A stretch of 59,822 bases of DNA from an uncultured Pseudomonadota bacterium (GTDB lineage: Bacteria > Babelota > Babeliae > Babelales > CAIQNR01), in contig CAZSHB010000005.1 in the NCBI GenBank assembly GCA_964606885.1, positions 1 to 59,822 of the forward strand. The letters run 5' to 3'. The position numbers and the translations under genes were made by a program. Below the pieces are notes generated by a model. That model searched no databases. It saw only the letters and a list, made by a program, of their open reading frames with translations, and was not told the DNA's origin. Shown here in pieces: positions 46,848-53,740 of the stretch. The number at the start of each line of letters is the position of its first letter. Within the stretch, counting starts at the first letter, position 1.

Positions 46848-48809
46848 ATGATGTTTAAAATATGTATGTTTCTTATATTACTAGGTTGTGCAACAACACA
46901 AGCTGCCAGTCAAACATTTCAAGAGTTAGTAGAACAATCACAAATTTTTGAAACGTCCACGCCGTTTCCTACCATAAACAATCGTATTGCAACTATTGCT
47001 GGTAATAATCCAGTACTGCAAAATCTTATTGCGCAACAAGCACAAAACGTACGTGTGATTATGCATCCAAAAGTATTAACGCTTATGGACGACTTTCTTG
47101 CCTATAAAAAAACAAAGGGAACTCCTACTGAACAAGCACTCTACAAAGATATGACACTTAACCAATTTGTAGATCGACTCTTAATAAAACGCCCTCTCAT
47201 GTTTATGACAGAACATGATCAGTATCTCTTACGTAATGGCAAAGAAGGCTATGAAGGTTTTACGCATATTGGCACTGCTTTAGAACAAAAGCCGTTATTG
47301 CTAATCGACTATCTTTCGTATGACGAAATGCAGATAGCCGCCCTCATAAGTGTATCAACACCAACCTATTTTATTAACAATGGCTCTCGTACCAATAAAA
47401 GTGTTATAGGAGCTCCTGGCACCTACCAACCAACAGGCATCTACACTGGTCTTGTTGGTGCTCGCTTTGAAAAACCGAATCTTATGGAATGGCAGCATAT
47501 GCTTATTACATCTGAACAAAATACACGCGATAATGGGTATGGAAAAGATTGCAAGCAGAACAAGCTGTTAGCATTGTGGCAGACTTTTTACGGTGAAGAA
47601 TTTCCTGATTTTCATCAAGTAGATACTCTTTATAACGCTGGCGATCATACCATGTATCACAAGATAGATAGTACAACCTATCTTAATAACTCCGTATATA
47701 AAAAACGGTTAGAAATGGTTATTCTTCCATTTCTAATTGATGCACACGTTCGTGGTAAAAAAGCCCTTAAAAAAGTGTACTGCCATATTGTTGGACTTGG
47801 TCTTGGCGTATGGCAAAAAAGTCCGTATCAAGCACAGCTGATGGTAGAAGTGTACGCAGACTTACTAACACAATATGATTTTTCTTATATAGCAGATATT
47901 GATTTTAGTTGGTTCCCTCAAGATATACAAACGTGCGGTACAACAGCGCATGGACAGCTCTTAACAGCAGGAAACAACCGTATTACGATACACTTTTCTC
48001 AACGTAACCCTGCCGACAAACTAGTAGGTGCAGATAGCGATAAACTGTTAGTTGCTCAATATGCATGGGATGGCAATGCGTATCCTGGTAACGAATACTG
48101 GAAAAAGCAGCTCACTGCTTCTGGCGACCCTGCAGCTGCCTGTTGTTCAACCATTGCAGAGTTACAAAACCCTTTGATTAACAAAAGCGTATCTTCACAA
48201 AGTCTCTTTATTGCTCAACCTACCGTGCATACACCAAAACAACACCACACAGCTACATCTGCACCAGCTGCCGTTGCAATAGCAGCAATCACACCATCTG
48301 TACAACCAACAGCTTCTGGCACTCAACAAGTAGTAGCTTCTCCTGCACATCCAATGTTTACACCTCTTACAGCATATAGAAATAACCACATGCAAAATGT
48401 TGCTATTCCAGCACCAACTACTCATAGACTTAATTTTTCTATGCAGACTCCAACCTATAGAACAGAAGAAGCAAATCTTCATTTAGACAGATCTGCACAA
48501 CAGAAAATTGGGAATTATATAACTAGTTTACAAGTAGCTGACTATGCATATCTTATTGCACTAGCCCATATGAAAAAAGTAACCCCAGAATATATCGTTG
48601 GCCGCTACTATCAAGCTCATGGCACTATGCTCGATGCTACAATTCCTATTAGCACAGTATTAGCTTGGTATCTCAACATGTATTCTGATACGTTACAAAC
48701 ATCTGCAGCAACCATAAAGTTAGAAAACAATGTCCATAATAGCACGCAATCAGGTCTAGCAACAAAAGCAATGCAAGCTTTAAGCAACTGGTGGTATGAA
48801 CAACCATAA
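46848..48809 (+). CDS. Large hypothetical secreted protein: ~440-aa globular region, then Thr/Ala/Pro/Gln-rich linker and a C-terminal helical region
   Basis: AAAGGAAG RBS before ATG 46848. Signal MMFKICMFLILLGCATTQAAS. Conserved-looking blocks VYCHIVGLGLGVWQ and LVAQYAWDGNAYPGNEYW. Possibly a DUF4804-type (macro-like) family, from memory only. Confidence 0.6.
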   Translation: MMFKICMFLILLGCATTQAASQTFQELVEQSQIFETSTPFPTINNRIATIAGNNPVLQNLIAQQAQNVRVIMHPKVLTLMDDFLAYKKTKGTPTEQALYKDMTLNQFVDRLLIKRPLMFMTEHDQYLLRNGKEGYEGFTHIGTALEQKPLLLIDYLSYDEMQIAALISVSTPTYFINNGSRTNKSVIGAPGTYQPTGIYTGLVGARFEKPNLMEWQHMLITSEQNTRDNGYGKDCKQNKLLALWQTFYGEEFPDFHQVDTLYNAGDHTMYHKIDSTTYLNNSVYKKRLEMVILPFLIDAHVRGKKALKKVYCHIVGLGLGVWQKSPYQAQLMVEVYADLLTQYDFSYIADIDFSWFPQDIQTCGTTAHGQLLTAGNNRITIHFSQRNPADKLVGADSDKLLVAQYAWDGNAYPGNEYWKKQLTASGDPAAACCSTIAELQNPLINKSVSSQSLFIAQPTVHTPKQHHTATSAPAAVAIAAITPSVQPTASGTQQVVASPAHPMFTPLTAYRNNHMQNVAIPAPTTHRLNFSMQTPTYRTEEANLHLDRSAQQKIGNYITSLQVADYAYLIALAHMKKVTPEYIVGRYYQAHGTMLDATIPISTVLAWYLNMYSDTLQTSAATIKLENNVHNSTQSGLATKAMQALSNWWYEQP

Positions 48810-48890
48810 CAAGACGTTATAAGCAATTTTCTAACGTTGCATAAAAGTATTAGCACATTCTGTTTTTTAAAAGAATGTACACATAACAAA

Positions 48891-48920
48891 AAAGCCCCGG
48901 TTTTATTCGGGGCTTTTCTT
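48891..48920. terminator. Rho-independent terminator between convergent genes (28-nt core identical to 45810-45837)
   Basis: AAAGCCCCGG-TTTTATT-CGGGGCTTTT, with an A-run on the other side. A second hairpin, ACATTCT...AGAATGT, lies at ~48855-48877. Confidence 0.8.
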
Positions 48921-48943
48921 GTAACAAACACTATCTCTTATAA

Positions 48944-49393
48944 TTAGCGCTGACTATTACCAGCATTATGTAACTCATACGGAACATGGCAAAGACCTAA
49001 GATAGCCAACGCATTTTGATCATGCCCTAGTAATGCACCTCTTATACGCGGTATTTTCACCTGTAAGTTTTCTTTAATCTGTGCATCCTCACACAGTATT
49101 GCAGTTCTTGTTTTAACTGCTTCATCTACAAGCGCCAAAAGAGACGCAAGAGACATTCTACTATCTTTTTTAACCACACCTAAGCACGTATGGGTAAACA
49201 AACTTTCATCTCCAAGCTTACTTTTAAACTTTTTAGCAAGTGCAGCATTTGGCAACATAGGAGGAACATACGCATCCAAAAGTTCTTGTGCCGACACAAC
49301 CGGCAACGCATTCACGTTGTCTATGCCCGCAGCGCCAAGAGTTAAACCCCATACCAACAAAACGCCACTGCTTACGATATACTTCATAGTCAT
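48944..49393 (-). CDS. Hypothetical secreted protein
   Basis: 149 aa. Signal-like MTMKYIVSSGVLLVWGLTLGAAG. No family recognised. Confidence 0.55.
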   Translation of the reverse strand: MTMKYIVSSGVLLVWGLTLGAAGIDNVNALPVVSAQELLDAYVPPMLPNAALAKKFKSKLGDESLFTHTCLGVVKKDSRMSLASLLALVDEAVKTRTAILCEDAQIKENLQVKIPRIRGALLGHDQNALAILGLCHVPYELHNAGNSQR

Positions 49394-49463
49394 TCTTTCT
49401 TTAATACAATCTGTTTATAACTATTATTGTTGAGGCGCTTGAGCTTTTTGCGTTTGAGAACGA

Positions 49464-49907
49464 TCAGAAGCTAGCAGCTAAAACTCTCAATATTTCCTGA
49501 TGAGCCCGTATATCTTTAATAACTTGTGATACATGTTGATCATTGCCAAGCAACAACATATCGAACATTATTTTTTCCAGTTCTTCATTGTATCCTCGTG
49601 CAGTTGGGGTTATTATTCCCCAGGCCCATGCAGGTCGTTCGGCTACTGGTGTCTTTACAATATCCACAGCAATTTCTTGTACTTTTGTGTATACCTCTTC
49701 TAACGTAACCGTTCTCTCTCCAAAACCTATAAGAATATATGCTTGCGGAAACGGCCCTCCACGAGGGTCATTATAAGAATCTATTTTTTCTGTTATTGCG
49801 CCCCTTGAAGACATCTGTACCTTAACCTTACCCGTATTAGCATCAACAAGACTTGCATAACAAGGCGCCACACAGAGACTCATCAATAACAACAATTTTA
49901 GTTTCAT
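49464..49907 (-). CDS. Hypothetical secreted protein
   Basis: 147 aa. Signal MKLKLLLLMSLCVAPCYAS. No family recognised. Confidence 0.55.
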   Translation of the reverse strand: MKLKLLLLMSLCVAPCYASLVDANTGKVKVQMSSRGAITEKIDSYNDPRGGPFPQAYILIGFGERTVTLEEVYTKVQEIAVDIVKTPVAERPAWAWGIITPTARGYNEELEKIMFDMLLLGNDQHVSQVIKDIRAHQEILRVLAASF

Positions 49908-49987
49908 AACTCTTTCTTTCGTTTTTCATAATCGCACTCTAACGGCACAGCAACATAGCACTAAAAAAATGAGCCTGCTACAAAAAA

Positions 49988-50608
49988 CTAGAACGTAAAG
50001 CCGATACCAGCGCCAAGATCCACACCTGCAACCTTAGTAGCAAAACCTATATAGGTAGGCGTAGAGGCTTGAGCTTGGAAGGTCACTGCTGAATACGCAA
50101 CAAACAAATCAATAACAAAATTATCTACAGGATGAAAAAATACGCCAAAGGTACCGTAGCCACCAAAAGAACTTTCTTTTTGTTCCGCAGGTACATACGT
50201 AGAGTTATTAGCAATCTTCATAAAATAATAACGGGGTGCTGCTGCCAGATAGATATCAATGTTATGGTGCACAGAACAGAACCACTTTGCACCAAGCGTA
50301 ACAGGCACCACTTTAATCGTTGTACGTTGATTGCCATTTTCAGAATAACCATGAGCAAACAGATAGTTCACTTGCCCGAACAACGTCACCGGAGGAAACC
50401 TTTTTGGTACAGCTTCAGAGACATGATTAAACACCAGACCATATTGCTGCCACGCCTTACCATAGATTGTTTTTACAATATGACTGGTAGGCAAAAAAGC
50501 ACTTACCGTACCTTCAACTGCAACATCCGCATATGCTGTTTGTATACACAAGACAAACGCCATTATAGCTATTTTGTTTTTGATCATACTTCTATACAAG
50601 TAACGCAT
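49988..50608 (-). CDS. Small outer-membrane beta-barrel protein (paralogue of 53130-53723)
   Basis: ATG 50608 has a GGGAG RBS. Signal ...IKNKIAIMAFVLCIQTAYA. Alternating-pattern strands. C-terminus GAGIGFTF. Confidence 0.65.
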   Translation of the reverse strand: MRYLYRSMIKNKIAIMAFVLCIQTAYADVAVEGTVSAFLPTSHIVKTIYGKAWQQYGLVFNHVSEAVPKRFPPVTLFGQVNYLFAHGYSENGNQRTTIKVVPVTLGAKWFCSVHHNIDIYLAAAPRYYFMKIANNSTYVPAEQKESSFGGYGTFGVFFHPVDNFVIDLFVAYSAVTFQAQASTPTYIGFATKVAGVDLGAGIGFTF

Positions 50609-50816
50609 ATTGACTCCCAAGCAATAATACCGACCATAAAAGATGGTTATAATAAAGAAAACCCGTTTGCTACAAGAAAAAACCTCTCACCAACTCATAT
50701 GGGTAACCAGCAAAAGTCCACCCTCTATCCTTTTTTACCAATAGATGCTATAATGGCTATTATCAAACATCTTCACATTTTACATTTTCATATTCATTAC
50801 AACAGGAGGGATTGCC

Positions 50817-51581
50817 ATGAAAATCCTAAACCACATCATCGCAGGTTTGTTACTTGCGCTTGCAATCACTACCGTATTTCAATCATATTACGTGGTTGAA
50901 CCGGGGTGGTCTGCCTTACAAATTCGTATGGGTAACATTATAGCTGCACATAAAGAAGGCGGCGTTTATTTTAAAATACCATTTATAGATCGCATTGCAT
51001 GGATGTCTAACCGTATACAAAAAGCATCAATTGAGACCTCTGCGCTCTCAAAAGATTTACAAGCCATAAGTATCGGTATTGATGTTAACTATCGTTATAC
51101 GAACGAAATTGAACTGTATAAAGCAACTTTAGGACACCCTGAAGAAATCATTCTGTTCCCATTCTGCCACGAAACTATCAAGGCAGTGATTGCACAGTAC
51201 ACCGCTGAAGGGTTGATCACTAATCGACACCAAGCAAAAAACATGATTTACGAAGATCTTAAAGAACGCTTACACCCACACTTTATCGAGTTTATTGAAG
51301 TTAACTTCTCGCATGCTGATTTCTCTGCGAACTTTATTAAAGCTGTAGAAGACAAACAGATTGCACAACAAGAAGCTATGGCTGCAAAAAACACGACAGA
51401 ACGTGTGCGTGAACGATCAGTACAAGTTAAGTTAGAAGCTGATGCAGATGCGTATGCACAACAGGTTAAAAAACAATCAGTAACTAAAGAACTTATTGAA
51501 CTTAAAGCTATTGAAAAGTGGGATGGCCACTTGCCCAATGTTATGACTGGACATGTGCCGTTTATTAATTTAAACAAGTAA
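50817..51581 (+). CDS. Prohibitin/SPFH (band-7) family protein
   Basis: AGGAGGG RBS. N-terminal TM helix. YVVEPGWSALQIRMG... SPFH start. FIKAVEDKQIAQQEA...A coiled-coil, typical of prohibitin-type members. Confidence 0.8.
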   Translation: MKILNHIIAGLLLALAITTVFQSYYVVEPGWSALQIRMGNIIAAHKEGGVYFKIPFIDRIAWMSNRIQKASIETSALSKDLQAISIGIDVNYRYTNEIELYKATLGHPEEIILFPFCHETIKAVIAQYTAEGLITNRHQAKNMIYEDLKERLHPHFIEFIEVNFSHADFSANFIKAVEDKQIAQQEAMAAKNTTERVRERSVQVKLEADADAYAQQVKKQSVTKELIELKAIEKWDGHLPNVMTGHVPFINLNK

Positions 51582-51600
51582 CTTCTACTTTTATGTATAC

Positions 51601-51632
51601 AAAAAGCCCCGATGTTAAAGTCGGGGTTTTTT
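51601..51632. terminator. Bidirectional rho-independent terminator
   Basis: AAAAAGCCCCGA-TGTTAAAG-TCGGGGTTTTTT, between convergent genes. Confidence 0.8.
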
Positions 51633-51649
51633 GTATATATACTTCTTGC

Positions 51650-53113
51650 TTAAGAACCGGACTGAATGCCTATCAACACAATTGGGGTAGTTGCTGATCC
51701 AAACCCACTAACTGTATAGTCTACTTGTTCATCAGGTGACTGGTTGTGATCTTGATAGGTCATTTGTGTACCGGGGACTGTTGCTAGAAGTGTAGTTAAG
51801 CGCTGAATCTGATAAGAAGAAACAGAAGCGTTTATTGGCGACCACCAGGACAGTTGGTTAAAGAATTCTCCGTAATTAGCAAATCTATTAAGAAGCGTTG
51901 TGCTCGTGCTCAGTGGTCCCAGAGATGTGCCACTATACACAGCAGAAAATCCATTCACAACGGGAGTATTATAACCATTTATCCACGTCATATAGATACT
52001 GCCACCACTTATAGGCATATACGTCACACATCCCAAACCCCCTGCTGACGCTCCTGTTGTAAGATAATTAGGAATTGATTGTTTGGGAACAATAATCGTT
52101 CCATCTCGAGCAACTATGCAGTAATGATACTTCGCATCAATGCCCATCCACGTCAGAAAGTACGTACTATCTACAGGATTAAAAGCACCAGTAATAAACA
52201 TACTCAATGAAGGATCAATGGTACTAGTTGCAAATGGTGTTGCCGTTACTACCGGGGTACCAGTTGCATCATATATTACAAAATAACAACCACCATTAAT
52301 GGTTGTCCATGCCATAAGATACTGATTATTATTGTTATAAATATTGGGAACAGTGAGAGAGTAAACAGTATCTCCTAGATCCGGAGTGAAAGGAACAGTT
52401 ACTAAACCTATCCCTGCATCAAAAGTTCCATTTGCATTATAGACTGCAAAAACAATGGTTTCTGATGAAGTTTGCCATGATATGAGATACTGATTTGCAG
52501 TACTATTATAACAAATAGAAGAAGTATACGTATCTGAAGCTATGGTACTCCCTGGAATAACAGTAGTACTGCTTACTGTCCCATCGGCATTAAGAATGAC
52601 AAAACAGACTTGTCCATCTCCATTATTAGAAGTAATACCATATTGATTAGTCGTACTATTATAGCAACAGACAGGTGCGCTAAACGGATTAGCCGTTAAA
52701 GTAAGCGCCACTGTTGGTCCAGATACTAGAGCGCCCGTTTGATCCACAATAAAAAAGTACATGCTATAATCTCCCTCAGCTCCTAAAAACATGATCAGAA
52801 ACTGATTATTTTGTGTGTTATAACAAGATGAGATAGCTGAAGAAGCAATGCTAATTGCACCACCATACTCAAGCAAAAGAGTGGGCAATGCATACGGCGT
52901 TCCATTAGGGTTAAAAAGCGTAGAATATAATCCCTCAGGCGTAACCCATGCAGCAAGAATCTTGTTTGTTTGCGTGTTATAGGCAGTAGTTATTGATGAC
53001 CAAAAACCACCTGTTGAACCACTATCAACGGCTAAAGTAGGATTCAACACTGCTTGTGCGCTAGCACCAGCTAACAACCATAAACATAGTACATACACAC
53101 GAACAACATTCAT
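51650..53113 (-). CDS. Secreted protein with seven ~45-aa repeats (beta-propeller-like) and a C-terminal FN3-like domain shared with 53741-56242
   Basis: AAGGAGAG RBS. Signal MNVVRVYVLCLWLLAGASAQA. Repeats carry (C)YN(S/T)xxNQ(Y/F)L(I/M)xW ... F(V/I)(I/V)...(D/N)GT (e.g. CYNTQNNQFLIMF, CCYNSTTNQYGITS, ICYNSTANQYLISW, IYNNNNQYLMAW). The last 81 aa align by eye with the C-terminus of the glycine-rich protein (YQDHN motif). Confidence 0.75.
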   Translation of the reverse strand: MNVVRVYVLCLWLLAGASAQAVLNPTLAVDSGSTGGFWSSITTAYNTQTNKILAAWVTPEGLYSTLFNPNGTPYALPTLLLEYGGAISIASSAISSCYNTQNNQFLIMFLGAEGDYSMYFFIVDQTGALVSGPTVALTLTANPFSAPVCCYNSTTNQYGITSNNGDGQVCFVILNADGTVSSTTVIPGSTIASDTYTSSICYNSTANQYLISWQTSSETIVFAVYNANGTFDAGIGLVTVPFTPDLGDTVYSLTVPNIYNNNNQYLMAWTTINGGCYFVIYDATGTPVVTATPFATSTIDPSLSMFITGAFNPVDSTYFLTWMGIDAKYHYCIVARDGTIIVPKQSIPNYLTTGASAGGLGCVTYMPISGGSIYMTWINGYNTPVVNGFSAVYSGTSLGPLSTSTTLLNRFANYGEFFNQLSWWSPINASVSSYQIQRLTTLLATVPGTQMTYQDHNQSPDEQVDYTVSGFGSATTPIVLIGIQSGS

Positions 53114-53129
53114 ACTCTCTCCTTATTAA

Positions 53130-53723
53130 CTAGAACGCATACCCAACACTTGCACCAAATGCAAAACCGCCTATCTGTGTGCCGCCATTACTGTAGACGT
53201 TAAGCATTGTTGGACGTATCGTTTTCTTTTCGTATGAATATTCTCCAAAAACACCCAACAGGAAATGTTCTTTGATGTGCATGTTAAAGCCCATATTCAT
53301 AAAGAACCCAACACCACCGCCATTAATAGTCGGGTCGATATACGGTGAATTATTGTGTTGATGGAAATAAAAGAAGCGTGGACCAAACGCAACAAAGTAA
53401 TAATAACAATCCCAAAATTCAAAGATTGCTTTTAAACCAATATCAATTGGCACTGCAGTGAATGTTGTTGTTTCACCTGTATTTAATGCACTGCCCCATG
53501 CTTTTCGCACACCAAGACTGCCGTACACCGCAAGATATTTATACACCGGAACGGATCCACTGCCTTGCAGTTCAAATCCACCTTTGTGATAAATTGCATG
53601 CATCGGTGATGTAGCAAAAAAGAAGTAACTTGGTTTTAGTTCCAACCACGGTGTTAGATCCGATGCATGTTGCGTTAATGAGCACAACAGTACAGAAGAA
53701 AGTAAGGTAATTTTTTTATACAT
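53130..53723 (-). CDS. Small outer-membrane beta-barrel protein
   Basis: ATG 53723 has an AAGGA RBS and gives the signal MYKKITLLSSVLLCSLTQHA. An alternative ATG at 53744 overlaps the upstream stop as ATGA. Aromatic-rich alternating strands. C-terminus GASVGYAF. Confidence 0.7.
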   Translation of the reverse strand: MYKKITLLSSVLLCSLTQHASDLTPWLELKPSYFFFATSPMHAIYHKGGFELQGSGSVPVYKYLAVYGSLGVRKAWGSALNTGETTTFTAVPIDIGLKAIFEFWDCYYYFVAFGPRFFYFHQHNNSPYIDPTINGGGVGFFMNMGFNMHIKEHFLLGVFGEYSYEKKTIRPTMLNVYSNGGTQIGGFAFGASVGYAF

Positions 53724-53740
53724 ACACCTATCCTTTATAT

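Noticed and set aside
48944-49907. Possible paralogy of the two adjacent ~148-aa secreted proteins
   Set aside because: The only shared element I can see is a short LLG(H/N)DQ string near the C-termini. That is insufficient without a formal alignment.
50132-50899. 255-aa ORF on the plus strand
   Set aside because: It is antisense to the barrel gene 49988-50608 and runs through the promoter and RBS of the prohibitin gene. It is Arg/His/Cys/Ile-rich with no RBS. Judged a shadow ORF.
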